A stretch of 64,000 bases of DNA from Bacteroidales bacterium UBA1402 (GCA_002305085.1 DBQE01000021.1:68831-132830); one strand, 5' to 3'; positions 10,302 to 20,245 are shown, numbered from the stretch's first letter. Notes: generated by a model not told the origin, from the sequence alone. Made by a program: numbers and translations.

Positions 10302-10868
10302 CTAATCGAGAGCCAACAATAATTCTTGTATACTTCTTTTCAAGACGGGATGTTGTAATTCCGGAGCTATTTGGCTGAGCGGCAGTAAAACGAACTCACG
10401 TTTATGCATGAGAGGATGAGGCAATACAAGATCGGGCTCATTCAAAACGAGCTGATCGTACAGCAAAAGGTCGATGTCTATTTCCCGGTCCTGATAGGCG
10501 GCTCTTTTGTCTTTGTCTTCGGCTTGTCCCTTAACTTCGGTCTGCTCTTTGTCTTCGGTTTGCCCTTTGTCTTCGGTTTGCCCTGCGAGTTTTGTGTTGT
10601 CGCTTACTCTCTTGCTTATCGTTCTGCCCAGCGTTAACTCTATCTCCTGTGTCAATTCCAGGCATTTTCGCCAATGAAGGGTGGTTTCCACACAGATACA
10701 GGCATTCAAAAAAGTATTGGAAGATTTGTAACCCCAGGGCTCACTCGGGTAATACTCCGAACGCTTAATTACCGGCCCGATGCGCAATTGAATTTCGGCA
10801 ATAGCCTTGTCCAGATAATGCGCACGATCGCCAAGGTTAGATCCCAGGCCTAAATAGAGCTTGGCCAT
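10302..10868 (-). CDS. folK: 2-amino-4-hydroxy-6-hydroxymethyldihydropteridine pyrophosphokinase (HPPK) with a ~30-aa repeat insertion
   Basis: MAKLYLGLGSNLGDR..., ...EYYPSEPWGY..., ...FLNACICVET..., ...REIDIDLLLYDQL...LPHPLMHKREFVLLPL are HPPK motifs. The protein is 188 aa, against about 160 aa typical, because of the GQTEDK repeats. Confidence 0.85.
   Translation of the reverse strand: MAKLYLGLGSNLGDRAHYLDKAIAEIQLRIGPVIKRSEYYPSEPWGYKSSNTFLNACICVETTLHWRKCLELTQEIELTLGRTISKRVSDNTKLAGQTEDKGQTEDKEQTEVKGQAEDKDKRAAYQDREIDIDLLLYDQLVLNEPDLVLPHPLMHKREFVLLPLSQIAPELQHPVLKRSIQELLLALD
10512..10583 (-). repeat. Four tandem 18-bp units inside folK encoding (G/E)QTE(D/V)K hexapeptides
   Basis: Plus-strand units are TTTGTCTTCGGTTTGCCC at 10548-10565 and 10566-10583 (identical), 10512-10529 (16/18) and 10530-10547 (13/18). 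They translate on the minus strand to GQTEDKGQTEDKEQTEVKGQAEDK. Confidence 0.9.
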
Positions 10869-10875
10869 GTCCGTT

Positions 10876-11925
10876 TTAAAGAATCAGCAAGGCATCTCCG
10901 TAGCATCCAAAACGGTATTTTTCCTTGACAGCCACCTCGTAGGCTCCCTTGATGAGTTCATAACCGCCAAAAGCGGAAGCCATCATCAGCAGGGTTGAAT
11001 AAGGCATATGAAAATTGGCCAGCATACAATTGGCCACACTGAATTCGTAGGGAGGAAAAATAAAGCGATTGGTCCAGCCGTCGTAGGGTTTAAGGTGGCC
11101 GGCAGCTCCGACGGAGCTCTCGATGGTCCGCATAACGGAAGTCCCGACGGCACAAACCTTTTTGCCCTTGTCTTTGGCTTCGTTCACAATGTTGGCGGCT
11201 TCTTCTTCGACCATTATTCGTTCCGAGTCCATTTTATGCTTGGTCAGGTCTTCGACATCGATTTCTCTGAAGCCTCCCAGTCCGACGTAAAGCGTGATAA
11301 ATGCAAAATTCACTCCTTTGATTTCCATCCGCTTCATCAGCTCGCGACTGAAATGCAAATTGGCTGCCGGAGCAACTACCGCACCCTCGTTTTTGGCAAA
11401 AATGGCTTGAAAACGTTCGGCATCATCGGGTTCTACCGGACGTTGTATGTATTTAGGCAGTGGCGTTTCGCCCAGAGAGTAAAGTGTCTGTTTAAAAACC
11501 TCGTGATCGCCGTCGAACAAAAAACGCAAGGTACGTCCTCTGGATGTGGTATTGTCTATAACTTCGGCCACCATGGATTCGTCTTCGCCGAAATATAGCT
11601 TGTTGCCGATGCGAATTTTGCGGGCCGGATCCACCAGCACGTCCCAAAGACGTAATTCGGGATTCAACTCCCTTAATAAAAACACCTCGATCTGTGCCCC
11701 AGTTTTTTCCTTATTCCCGTATAAACGGGCAGGGAACACCTTGGCATCGTTGAAAATGAACACATCTTCTTCATCAAAATATTCCAGGATTTCTTTAAAA
11801 ATCTTGTGTTCAATTTTACCGCTTTCGCGATCCAATACCATCAGGCGAGACTCGTCCCTGTGGGGAGCCGGATATTGAGCGATCAGACTCTCCGGCAGGT
11901 TAAATTTGAATTTTGACAGTTTCAT
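10876..11925 (-). CDS. queA: S-adenosylmethionine:tRNA ribosyltransferase-isomerase
   Basis: [33 protein letters not shown]..., ...[12 protein letters not shown]..., ...[10 protein letters not shown]... are QueA hallmarks. The start overlaps the truB stop (ATGA). Confidence 0.9.
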   Translation of the reverse strand: MKLSKFKFNLPESLIAQYPAPHRDESRLMVLDRESGKIEHKIFKEILEYFDEEDVFIFNDAKVFPARLYGNKEKTGAQIEVFLLRELNPELRLWDVLVDPARKIRIGNKLYFGEDESMVAEVIDNTTSRGRTLRFLFDGDHEVFKQTLYSLGETPLPKYIQRPVEPDDAERFQAIFAKNEGAVVAPAANLHFSRELMKRMEIKGVNFAFITLYVGLGGFREIDVEDLTKHKMDSERIMVEEEAANIVNEAKDKGKKVCAVGTSVMRTIESSVGAAGHLKPYDGWTNRFIFPPYEFSVANCMLANFHMPYSTLLMMASAFGGYELIKGAYEVAVKEKYRFGCYGDALLIL

Positions 11926-12647
11926 ATGTTTTGTATTAATTGTTCTTCCAGTTCTTTTTTAAACTCTTCGATCGTACGGCAGTCGTCGAGACCAATCTCT
12001 CCGATCCTCGAACGTACCAGGGCAGTCAGATGGGCTCCGCTGTCCAAAGCCAGGCCGATATCTCTGGCTAAAGCCCTGATGTAAGTACCTTTGCTGCATA
12101 CTACCCTAATCTTAATAAAAGGCTCCTCCTGCGTTTCTGCTCTTTTATTCAGATTATGCTCCAACAATTCCAATTCGTCGATGACCAACAGCTTGGACTC
12201 CAATTCAATATGTTCCCCTTTGCGCGCCATCTCGTAAGCTCTTTTTCCCTGAACCTTACAGGCCGAAAACATAGGTGGCACCTGACGGATTTCTCCTATG
12301 AATTGCTTCAAGGTTTCCTGCACCTGCGCTTCGTCGATATGAGCATACGCAAAACGCTCATCAATCTCTGTTTCCAAGTCGAACGATGGTGTTGTGGCTC
12401 CCAGTTGCAAAGTGGCAATATATTCCTTGCTCAGGTGTTGAAATTCTTCTATACGTTTGGTGGCTTTACCGGTACAAATAATCATTACGCCGGTGGCCAA
12501 GGGATCGAGGGTTCCGGCGTGGCCCACTTTAAGCTTTTTAATTTTCAAGGCTTTACATAAGACGTAGCGTACTTCGTTTACTAATTTAAACGATGTCCAG
12601 TACAACGGCTTATTAAAATACAGAATTTCTCCCTCCTGAAAATTCAT
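11922..12647 (-). CDS. truB: tRNA pseudouridine(55) synthase
   Basis: ...[25 protein letters not shown]... is the catalytic Asp motif of TruB. 241 aa. 4-bp overlap with queA. Confidence 0.9.
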   Translation of the reverse strand: MNFQEGEILYFNKPLYWTSFKLVNEVRYVLCKALKIKKLKVGHAGTLDPLATGVMIICTGKATKRIEEFQHLSKEYIATLQLGATTPSFDLETEIDERFAYAHIDEAQVQETLKQFIGEIRQVPPMFSACKVQGKRAYEMARKGEHIELESKLLVIDELELLEHNLNKRAETQEEPFIKIRVVCSKGTYIRALARDIGLALDSGAHLTALVRSRIGEIGLDDCRTIEEFKKELEEQLIQNI

Positions 12648-12649
12648 AA

Positions 12650-13447
12650 TTATACCAATGGTAAAATAAGGGCCAATAAACCCACAACGGCGCAGTATAT
12701 CGCAAACCAGATGAGTTTGCCTTTCTTAACCAGATTGAGCATCCATTTGCAGGCAATGCAACCCGAAACAAAGGCGGTCACTACGCCTATCAAAAGAGAG
12801 CTCAAAGGCAAACTACTGCCTGTGGCGGCAATTAGATCGCCCGATATCAACTGCAAAAACGATTCTCCCAATATGGGAATAATCACCATAATAAAAGAAA
12901 ACTGAGCAACACTCTCCTTTTTGTTACCCAGTAAAAGTCCCGTTGCTATAGTCGATCCCGAACGCGACAAACCCGGCAATACCGCACATGCCTGAGCAAT
13001 ACCTATTATAAAAGCATCTCTCCAGGAAATGCTTTCTTTTATTCTGGGTTTAGCAAAATACGAAAAGGCCAGCAGAGCGGCTGTAAGCAACAACATAATA
13101 CCAACGATGAGCAGACCGTTGCCAAACAGAGCTTCTACCTGATCTTTTAAAAAGAAACCGACCAACATGACCGGTATCATCGATACCAGTATTTTTAGAA
13201 CATAGCGGGTTTCTTCGTTGTCTTTGAACTTAAAAAAGCCCTTGGTCAAAGACCAGATTTCGGGCCAAAGCACCACCAACGTACTCATGACCGTAGCAAA
13301 ATGTACTGCTACGGTAAAAGTGAGATTTTCTTCTCCTGCGGTACCCAGTAAATAATTGCCTATTTCGAGATGACCGCTGCTACTGACCGGCAAATATTCG
13401 GTCAGCCCTTGAACCAGGCCCAAAAGAAAGGCCTCCCATCCGTTCAT
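12650..13447 (-). CDS. uppP: Undecaprenyl-diphosphate phosphatase
   Basis: ...[16 protein letters not shown]... and ...[18 protein letters not shown]... are BacA/UppP motifs. Polytopic membrane protein of 265 aa. Confidence 0.9.
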   Translation of the reverse strand: MNGWEAFLLGLVQGLTEYLPVSSSGHLEIGNYLLGTAGEENLTFTVAVHFATVMSTLVVLWPEIWSLTKGFFKFKDNEETRYVLKILVSMIPVMLVGFFLKDQVEALFGNGLLIVGIMLLLTAALLAFSYFAKPRIKESISWRDAFIIGIAQACAVLPGLSRSGSTIATGLLLGNKKESVAQFSFIMVIIPILGESFLQLISGDLIAATGSSLPLSSLLIGVVTAFVSGCIACKWMLNLVKKGKLIWFAIYCAVVGLLALILPLV

Positions 13448-13698
13448 GCCTTCAAATTGTCCTGTTCTGTTTTTGCCTTTGTGGGCTTTCTTATTAAAAT
13501 ACCGACCATCACCACAACAAAGCCGATGAAAGAAATTGTCGGAGCTATCACTATGCGACGCGTACTGAATATATCGGGATTGTAGGCTTCTTCAGTCGAA
13601 GGAGCGCCCATCATCAGCACAAAGCCCAAAACGACAATCAGAAAGCCAATGCCTATCCACAAAAGGTTCCTTCCACTTAATGCAAAATCTTTACTCAT
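13444..13698 (-). CDS. Small two-TM membrane protein (DUF3098-like)
   Basis: 84 aa with two hydrophobic helices ([37 protein letters not shown]). Sits between ftsX and uppP with an ATGA overlap to uppP. The family assignment is from memory. Confidence 0.55.
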   Translation of the reverse strand: MSKDFALSGRNLLWIGIGFLIVVLGFVLMMGAPSTEEAYNPDIFSTRRIVIAPTISFIGFVVVMVGILIRKPTKAKTEQDNLKA

Positions 13699-13706
13699 GT
13701 TTTTAA

Positions 13707-14585
13707 TTAAATATAATACAAATCATCGGAACGCATCCTCAGGTAACGATTTACAGAAAAAACGGTTGCCAAAGAGGTAATTACCATGCCCAGAATGGCC
13801 ATAACAACAAAGATCAACACATAATCGGTCACGGTAATCATTTTCATAATACCGGGGAAAATACTGTCGAGATACGACAAGGCCATATACAGCAAACCCA
13901 AGGCAATAAGGGCTCCCCATATGCCTCCCCGGGTGTTTTCCCAGACAAAAGGCCTGCGTATAAAGCTTTGCCTGGCTCCTACGAGGCACATGGTATGAAT
14001 CAAAAAACGCTTGGAGTAGATCATCAGACGAACGGTGTTGCGTATCAACATATAAGAAACCAGCGTAAGAATCAGGGCTATTCCCAATAAAAGCCGGCCA
14101 ATGGAAAGTATATTGCTGTTCACCAAATTAATCAGCTCCTCGCGATAAACGATCTCCTGAATATAGCTTTTATTTTTTAATGTCTTTTCTATGCCCTTTA
14201 TACTGTCCGTACAGGCATATTCAGGCTTCAGATAGATTTCATAGCTTGCCGGCAGAGGATTGTAACCGAGCAAATCGAGGGGATTCTCTCCCAACTCCTC
14301 TGCCAATTCGGCCAGGGCATCTTCTTTGCTCACATAATCTAATCTATTCGTCCAGGGGGCTTTGTTCAGGTTTTGTTCCAACGAGATGCGTTCGACATCC
14401 TTGATATTATCGTCCAGCACCAAGGTGAGGCGAATATGTTCTTTGGCCGTATCCGACAAATCTTTGGCAAATAGGCCAATAATGATCATTATACCGAAAA
14501 GCAGCAATACCAAACTGATGCTCAATATGGCAGTCAATTTGGAACCGAAGACCCGGCTCCCTATCTTTTTTTTCTGTTTACTCAT
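13707..14585 (-). CDS. ftsX: Cell division permease-like protein FtsX
   Basis: The track ORF starts at a TTG at 14612; the first ATG (14585) gives MSKQKKKIGSRVFGSKLTAILSISLVLLLFG. Architecture is N-terminal TM, periplasmic domain, then three C-terminal TM helices, as in FtsX. Confidence 0.75.
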   Translation of the reverse strand: MSKQKKKIGSRVFGSKLTAILSISLVLLLFGIMIIIGLFAKDLSDTAKEHIRLTLVLDDNIKDVERISLEQNLNKAPWTNRLDYVSKEDALAELAEELGENPLDLLGYNPLPASYEIYLKPEYACTDSIKGIEKTLKNKSYIQEIVYREELINLVNSNILSIGRLLLGIALILTLVSYMLIRNTVRLMIYSKRFLIHTMCLVGARQSFIRRPFVWENTRGGIWGALIALGLLYMALSYLDSIFPGIMKMITVTDYVLIFVVMAILGMVITSLATVFSVNRYLRMRSDDLYYI

Positions 14586-14638
14586 TCTGTAAAAACTGCC
14601 CGCGAAAGGCAAAAAGCAAACTTCCCCCCAAATTGCCG

Positions 14639-14646
14639 CAAAAGTA
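14639..14646 (-). promoter_or_regulatory. Candidate -7 promoter box (TACTTTTG) for the ftsX-to-folK operon
   Basis: Plus-strand CAAAAGTA equals minus-strand TACTTTTG (TAnnTTTG), 54 nt upstream of the ftsX ATG. Motif match only. Confidence 0.35.
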
Positions 14647-14685
14647 CATAATATTCCTGAGGAAAAGAACAGCCATTCGGTGTTT

Positions 14686-16008
14686 TTATTCTACAAGTTC
14701 TCCCAATAAGGTGGCAGAAGTACTGTTCACTATTCTAACCTGCACAAAATCCCCAATTTTGGCAGTCCCTTTATCGAAAACCACCGTTTTGTTTTGTTCC
14801 GTACGCCCGGAAAGACGCTCTCGTGAGCGTTTGGACCAGGAATCTACCAGCACTGTATGTGCTTTCCCGATTTCATGTTGATTGCTCTGCGCCGAGAGTT
14901 CATTTTGCAAGCCGATCATTTCAGCTAAACGGGCCAGTTTAACTTTTTCGGGAACATCGTCGGGCAAGTGTTTGGCCGCATACGTACCCGGGCGTTCGGA
15001 ATATCTAAACATAAACGCCGAATCAAAACCCACTTCACGCATCAACGACAAGGTCATTTGATGGTCTTCGGCGCTCTCGGAGTGAAAACCGCAAAACAAG
15101 TCGGTACTGATGGAAGCTGCAGGGAGTATCGAACGAATAGAAGCCACCCTTGCCAGATAATCCTCGCGGGTGTAACGGCGGTTCATGAGTTTCAGAATAC
15201 GCGAACTGCCCGATTGCACAGGTAAATGAATGTGCTTGCAAGTGTTGGGACGCGAAGCCATCGTTTCCAGTAGTTTATCGCTCATATCCTTGGGATGTGA
15301 GGTGGTAAAACGGATCCACATATCGGGAGCCGCATCGGCTACCATCGACAGCAATGCGGCAAAATCAAGTCCCTCATAAACATAAGAATTCACATTTTGT
15401 CCCAGCAGTGTAACTTCCCTGTAGCCTTTGGAGCGCAAGTCGGCAAGCTCATTCAGAATACTTTGCGGATCGCGGCTGCGTTCTCGCCCACGGGTATACG
15501 GCACCACGCAATAGCTGCAAAAATTATCGCAGCCCCGCATGATGGAAATAAAACCCGAAACCCGGTAATTCCCCAACCTGAGGGGTAATACTTCCCGATA
15601 CGTTTCTGTGGTCGAAAGTTCCACATTAACCGCTTTTTCCCCCAACCCGGCCGCTCTAATTAAATTGGGAAGGTCGAGGTAAGCGTCGGGACCGGCCACC
15701 AGATCAGCTCCGTGTTCCAAAATCAGTTGCTCCTTGACTCGCTCGGCCATACAACCCAGCACCCCTATGATGAGACGGGGATTTTTACGCTTGTACGCTT
15801 GCAATGCCTTCAGGCGGGCTATTATTTTTTGCTCCGCATTATCGCGGACGGAACAAGTGTTGAGCAAAATCAGATCGGCCTCTTCGGGTTTTGTCGAACT
15901 CTCATAGGCCTCCATCCCCAGAATAGAAGCCACCACCTCGCTGTCTGCCACATTCATTTGGCAACCATAGGTTTCGATATAAAATTTTTTCAAGGTTAAT
16001 TCTGTCAT
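14686..16008 (-). CDS. miaB: tRNA-2-methylthio-N6-dimethylallyladenosine synthase (radical SAM methylthiotransferase)
   Basis: N-terminal UPF0004 cysteines (YIETYGCQMNVADSE...LLNTCSVR). Radical SAM CxxxCxxC (GCDNFCSYCVVP). C-terminal TRAM domain. 440 aa. Confidence 0.9.
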   Translation of the reverse strand: MTELTLKKFYIETYGCQMNVADSEVVASILGMEAYESSTKPEEADLILLNTCSVRDNAEQKIIARLKALQAYKRKNPRLIIGVLGCMAERVKEQLILEHGADLVAGPDAYLDLPNLIRAAGLGEKAVNVELSTTETYREVLPLRLGNYRVSGFISIMRGCDNFCSYCVVPYTRGRERSRDPQSILNELADLRSKGYREVTLLGQNVNSYVYEGLDFAALLSMVADAAPDMWIRFTTSHPKDMSDKLLETMASRPNTCKHIHLPVQSGSSRILKLMNRRYTREDYLARVASIRSILPAASISTDLFCGFHSESAEDHQMTLSLMREVGFDSAFMFRYSERPGTYAAKHLPDDVPEKVKLARLAEMIGLQNELSAQSNQHEIGKAHTVLVDSWSKRSRERLSGRTEQNKTVVFDKGTAKIGDFVQVRIVNSTSATLLGELVE

Positions 16009-16040
16009 TGAAAAGCCTGAAAGGTTCCGTAAAATTCATC

Positions 16041-16598
16041 TTAAAATTTCGGCTCCAACAGGGCATGGTAAATAACTGCCTTTTTCCAGGCATCCTCTTC
16101 ATCAAGGCCTAAATCAATTCCAGGAATACTTTCGGCTTCGTCATCGAGATGAACTACTCTGAGTTCATGAACGCTATGCTTGTATTTCAAGGCGGATTGC
16201 TCGTATTTTTTTTCTCGCTCCATGGCCTTGGCTTTGGCCATTTCTTCTATATAATTACGGGGCTCATGTTCGATATCGCGACTGATTAAGGGTTGCCTTT
16301 CTTTTTGGGGAGGTTCGGGGATTGGAGCAGGCGGGGCAGTTTCGGGATTTTTAGGTATAAAGTCGTCTTCCTCTTCCGGAAGATTTAATAATTCCTGCCA
16401 GGGGTCGGGGATGGGGATTCCTCCAGTGTGGGGCCCGTCTTGAGTTTCTGCTACATCAGCTCCGGTTTGAGCTTCTGTACCGGCTCGGTTTGCAGCTTCT
16501 TTTTCTGAAGTCTTTTTGCGGGCTTTAGATAAGGCACCGATTACCGAAATCAGTACTGCTCCGACAATCACCAACACATCTAATAAGGAATTGTCCAT
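16041..16598 (-). CDS. Hypothetical membrane-anchored protein with an acidic/proline-rich middle region
   Basis: The track ORF 16041..16736 overlaps the divergent gene. The internal ATG at 16598 gives MDNSLLDVLVIVGAVLISVIGAL (TM anchor), then a charged, Pro-rich low-complexity stretch, then the conserved-looking tail ...AWKKAVIYHALLEPKF. No family recognised. Confidence 0.5.
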   Translation of the reverse strand: MDNSLLDVLVIVGAVLISVIGALSKARKKTSEKEAANRAGTEAQTGADVAETQDGPHTGGIPIPDPWQELLNLPEEEDDFIPKNPETAPPAPIPEPPQKERQPLISRDIEHEPRNYIEEMAKAKAMEREKKYEQSALKYKHSVHELRVVHLDDEAESIPGIDLGLDEEDAWKKAVIYHALLEPKF

Positions 16599-16688
16599 AG
16601 TGTCCGAAATTTGTTGTCCAAAAGTAGTGTTTTCCCGGGGAATTACAAAAAGATGTAAACCTGTTTTGGTCGATTTTGTTAATTTATG

Positions 16689-16696
16689 TACCTTTG
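16689..16696 (+). promoter_or_regulatory. Candidate -7 promoter box (TACCTTTG)
   Basis: TAnnTTTG match 24 nt upstream of the ATG at 16720. TTTG-containing stretches lie about 20 nt further upstream. Confidence 0.45.
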
Positions 16697-16719
16697 CGCC
16701 GTTTTTCCAATATAGTATC

Positions 16720-18201
16720 ATGTCTCTTAATTTCATTACTGCTCAGGAAGCAGCTTCTTTCATCAATCACAACGACAATATAGGATTTAGTGGTTTTACT
16801 CCTGCCGGAGCACCTAAAGTCATTGCACAAGCCATAGCCGAAAAATCGCAAGCCGAACGGCAAGCCGGACGGGAATTTAAAGTCGGTGTGTTTACAGGAG
16901 CTTCAACCGGTGATTCGCTCGACGGTGTGCTCGCCCGCGCAGAGGCTGTGAAATTTCGCACACCTTATCAATCCAATCCGGATTTACGGAGTGGTATCAA
17001 CAAGGGGAACATTCCCTATTTTGATCTTCACCTCTCGCAATTGGCTCAGGAACTACGCTACGGATATTACGGAAAAATAAACACAGTCATAATCGAAGCT
17101 GCCGGCGTTAACGAAAAAGGCGAAATTCTACTTACCACCGGAGTGGGTATCACTCCCACGGCAGCCCGCATGGCCGACAAAATCATTGTTGAGCTCAACA
17201 GCCGGCACCCTTCGTTTATCAACGGTTTGCACGATCTTTACGAACCGGCCGATCCTCCCCATCGTCGCGAAATTCCCATTTACAAACCCAGCGACCGCAT
17301 TGGACAAACTCTCTTGAAAGTAGATCCCTCCAAAATCGTTGGTGTAGTCAAAACTCAATTACCCGACGAAGTTAAGGCATTCTCCGAACCGGACGAAACC
17401 ACCAAACGCATCGGAGATCGCGTAGCCGGTTTTCTGATCAGCGAAATGAGAGCAGGGCGTATTCCTGCTTCCTTTCTTCCTTTGCAATCGGGCGTAGGCA
17501 ATATTGCCAATGCGGTATTAGGTTCGTTGGGCGCCAGCCCCGAAATTCCCGCTTTCGAAATGTTTACCGAAGTTATACAGGATTCCGTGATCGAAATGAT
17601 GCAAAGCGGCGATGTAAAATTTGCCAGTGGCTGTTCACTTACCATCACAAGTTCGGCCCTTGATTCCATTTACGAGAACTGGGACTTTTTCAAGCATAGA
17701 CTGGTCCTCCGGCCTCAGGAAATTTCCAATTCTCCCGAACTGGCTCGTCGCATGGGGCTGATTACCATCAACACGGCTCTGGAGGCCGACCTTTTCGGCA
17801 ACGTAAACAGCACCCACGTACTGGGCACTAAGATGATGAACGGTATTGGAGGCTCGGGCGATTTTACCCGCAATTCCTACCTTTCCATCTTCACTTGTCC
17901 CTCGACTGCCAAAGACGGCAAAATCAGCGCCCTTGTTCCTATGGTTTCGCATACCGACCACAACGAACATTCGGTGAAAATTTTAATAACCGAGCAGGGA
18001 GTTGCCGACTTAAGAGGCAAATCTCCCATGCAGAAAGCGCAAACCATTATCGAGAATTGTGCTCATCCCGATTACAAACAATTGCTGACGGATTACCTTA
18101 AACAAACCAATGGCGGAAATACTCCCCATAATCTGGGCAATTGCTTTAATATGCACCGGGAATTTCTCGACTCGGGCGACATGCGCAACACCAAGTGGTA
18201 A
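16720..18201 (+). CDS. Acetyl-CoA hydrolase/transferase family protein (succinate/acetate CoA-transferase type)
   Basis: The ATG at 16720 gives MSLNFITAQEAASFINHNDNIGFSGFTPAGAPK.... ...TGASTGDSLDG..., ...LQSGVGNIANAV..., ...NGIGGSGDFTRN... are typical of the family. Confidence 0.85.
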   Translation: MSLNFITAQEAASFINHNDNIGFSGFTPAGAPKVIAQAIAEKSQAERQAGREFKVGVFTGASTGDSLDGVLARAEAVKFRTPYQSNPDLRSGINKGNIPYFDLHLSQLAQELRYGYYGKINTVIIEAAGVNEKGEILLTTGVGITPTAARMADKIIVELNSRHPSFINGLHDLYEPADPPHRREIPIYKPSDRIGQTLLKVDPSKIVGVVKTQLPDEVKAFSEPDETTKRIGDRVAGFLISEMRAGRIPASFLPLQSGVGNIANAVLGSLGASPEIPAFEMFTEVIQDSVIEMMQSGDVKFASGCSLTITSSALDSIYENWDFFKHRLVLRPQEISNSPELARRMGLITINTALEADLFGNVNSTHVLGTKMMNGIGGSGDFTRNSYLSIFTCPSTAKDGKISALVPMVSHTDHNEHSVKILITEQGVADLRGKSPMQKAQTIIENCAHPDYKQLLTDYLKQTNGGNTPHNLGNCFNMHREFLDSGDMRNTKW

Positions 18202-18202
18202 A

Positions 18203-18736
18203 ATGATCCGGTTATTCCTGGTTGGTTACATGGGTGCCGGCAAAACCAAGTTGGGACAAGCCATTGCGAAAGAACTGCAACTTTCTTTTGTCGACTTGGA
18301 TCAATACATCGAAGAACGGCGCTTTAAGCCCATACCGGCACTTTTTGCCGAATTCGGCGAAGAAGGTTTTCGCAAAATCGAACAAGGCTATCTGCGAGAA
18401 GTGGCCCAATTCGAAAATGTATTGATTGCCACCGGGGGAGGTACCGCTTGTTTCGAAAACAACATGGATTTTATGAACTCTGCCGGCGACACCGTCTATC
18501 TTCAGCTCAATGCCGAAGAATTGTTCAAAAGGCTGCATCGAAAAAAGCAAAACAGACCCCTGCTCAACACCGTCAGCGACGACGATTTGCTCACTAAAAT
18601 CAGAGAAATGCTCTCTCAAAGGGAAAGTTTTTACAATAAAGCCAAATACATTCTGCCTACCGGAAGTCTCAACAAAGAAGAATCCCTGACACTTTTTAAA
18701 CAAATTTATTCAAAACCCCCAAGCCCCACGATCTAG
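18203..18736 (+). CDS. aroK: Shikimate kinase
   Basis: The ATG at 18203 gives MIRLFLVGYMGAGKTKLGQAIAKEL (Walker A). Also ...FRKIEQGYL... and ...IATGGG.... Starts 1 nt after the upstream stop codon. Confidence 0.85.
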   Translation: MIRLFLVGYMGAGKTKLGQAIAKELQLSFVDLDQYIEERRFKPIPALFAEFGEEGFRKIEQGYLREVAQFENVLIATGGGTACFENNMDFMNSAGDTVYLQLNAEELFKRLHRKKQNRPLLNTVSDDDLLTKIREMLSQRESFYNKAKYILPTGSLNKEESLTLFKQIYSKPPSPTI

Positions 18737-20245
18737 GCTGCGGTATTGTATGGCTTCGGCAATGTCACGGGTACGCAAGCGTTCCGAAGCGTCCAGATCT
18801 GCAATGGTGCGGGCTACTTTAAGGATACGGCTGTAAGCTCTGGCAGAAAGATCCAGTTTTTCCATGGCATTTCTCAGCAAAACGTAAGCATCGGGCTCCG
18901 CCTGAGCATAGCGTTGCACCTGCTTTAAGCTCATTTGGGCGTTACAAAATAATCCTTTATCCGGTTTAAAGCGATCGTTTTGCAAGCGCCTGGCTTTTAT
19001 CACTCTTTCTCTGATACTTTGGCTGCTTTCCTGCTCCCTGACGCTACTTAGTTGCTCGTATTCCAAAGGGACAATTTCCATCTGAATGTCGATGCGATCC
19101 ATCAAGGGCCCCGAAATGCGATGTATGTATTTATGCACTTGGGAGGCGGTGCAAACACATTCCTTTGTGGGATGATTGAAATATCCGCAGGGACAGGGAT
19201 TCATCGATGCCACCAGCATAAATCCCGCCGGATAGCGGACAGCGTAGCGGGAACGGGCAATACTGATGCTGCGGTCTTCCAGCGGTTGCCGCAACACTTC
19301 GAGTACGGAACGCTGAAATTCGGGCAATTCGTCCAAAAACAAAACTCCGTTGTGAGCCAACGAAATCTCGCCGGGTTGAGGATTGCTGCCTCCTCCTATC
19401 ATTGCCACCGAACTTATGCTATGATGAGGCGAACGAAAAGGACGACTCGTCAACAACGAACAACGGGCATCTATCTTGCCGGCCACCGAATGAATTTTGG
19501 TGGTTTCCAAAGCCTCGTCCAGGCTCATGGGCGGCAGGATACCAGGTATAGCCTTGGCCATCATGGTCTTACCGGAACCCGGAGGCCCTATCATCACCAA
19601 ATTATGACCTCCGGCACAAGCCACTTCAATGGCTCTTTTCGCCCGTTCCTGCCCCTTTATTTCGGCAAAATCCACTTCGGGAACCACCTGGGCCCCGTCA
19701 AAGAAATCCAAACGACTACAATAAGGCTCGGGGCGGCTTTCGCCTTTCAAAAAAGCGACCACTTCACTCAGGTGCTTCATACCGTACACCTCCAATCCTT
19801 CCACCACGGAAGCTTCGGCAGCATTTTTATGCGGCAGTATCAGACGTTTAAGGCCCATCTCTCTGGCAGTCAAAGCAATGGGCAAAACACCTCTTACCTC
19901 TTGCAGACAAGCATCCAGTGAAAGCTCTCCGATGAACAGGCAATCTTTGAGCGACTCCGCCGGCACATATTCTCCGGCAGCCATCAGGCCTACACTCAGA
20001 GGAAGATCGTAGCCGGAACCTTCTTTGCGCAAATCACCGGGAGCCATGTTAATAACTACTTGCTTACGGGGAATATCCATTCCGCAGTATTGCAAAGCGG
20101 AGCTTATACGTTCGTGGCTTTCGCGTACGGCGTTGTCGGGCAAACCCACCAGGCTGAAACGTATTCCCCGCGAGACATGCACCTCTACGTAAACCGGAAT
20201 AGCCCCTATTCCCTGGATAGCCGCAGAAATCAATTTCACATACAT
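18710..20245 (-). CDS. comM: Mg-chelatase-like AAA+ ATPase, YifB/ComM family
   Basis: The ATG at 20245 gives MYVKLISAAIQGIGAIPVYVEVHV.... Lon-like N-domain, Walker A GPPGSGKTMMAKA, ...GVLFLDELPEF..., and C-terminal Mg-chelatase subunit ChlI-like region. Confidence 0.85.
   Translation of the reverse strand: MYVKLISAAIQGIGAIPVYVEVHVSRGIRFSLVGLPDNAVRESHERISSALQYCGMDIPRKQVVINMAPGDLRKEGSGYDLPLSVGLMAAGEYVPAESLKDCLFIGELSLDACLQEVRGVLPIALTAREMGLKRLILPHKNAAEASVVEGLEVYGMKHLSEVVAFLKGESRPEPYCSRLDFFDGAQVVPEVDFAEIKGQERAKRAIEVACAGGHNLVMIGPPGSGKTMMAKAIPGILPPMSLDEALETTKIHSVAGKIDARCSLLTSRPFRSPHHSISSVAMIGGGSNPQPGEISLAHNGVLFLDELPEFQRSVLEVLRQPLEDRSISIARSRYAVRYPAGFMLVASMNPCPCGYFNHPTKECVCTASQVHKYIHRISGPLMDRIDIQMEIVPLEYEQLSSVREQESSQSIRERVIKARRLQNDRFKPDKGLFCNAQMSLKQVQRYAQAEPDAYVLLRNAMEKLDLSARAYSRILKVARTIADLDASERLRTRDIAEAIQYRSLDRGAWGF

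Noticed and set aside
10109-10378. 89-aa ORF in the GH97/folK intergenic region.
   Set aside because: It overlaps the folK 3' end on the opposite strand and has no motif and no promoter box. It is probably noise.
16516-16719. Long N-terminal extension of the acetyl-CoA hydrolase/transferase ORF, and the reciprocal 16599..16736 extension of the minus-strand ORF.
   Set aside because: The extensions overlap each other head-to-head and erase the promoter region. The internal ATGs give canonical N-termini.
18710-18736. 27-bp convergent overlap of the aroK and comM 3' ends.
   Set aside because: A short tail-to-tail overlap is common, and there is no evidence of antisense regulation or a mis-assembly.
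19052-19921. 289-aa plus-strand ORF.
   Set aside because: It is antisense to comM/yifB with shadow-ORF composition. The same applies to 20570..21367 (antisense to GH3), 30452..31171 and 32913..33566 (antisense to the lyases), 43653..44435 and 42912..43598 (antisense to GH78), and 50530..51372 (antisense to xylA).
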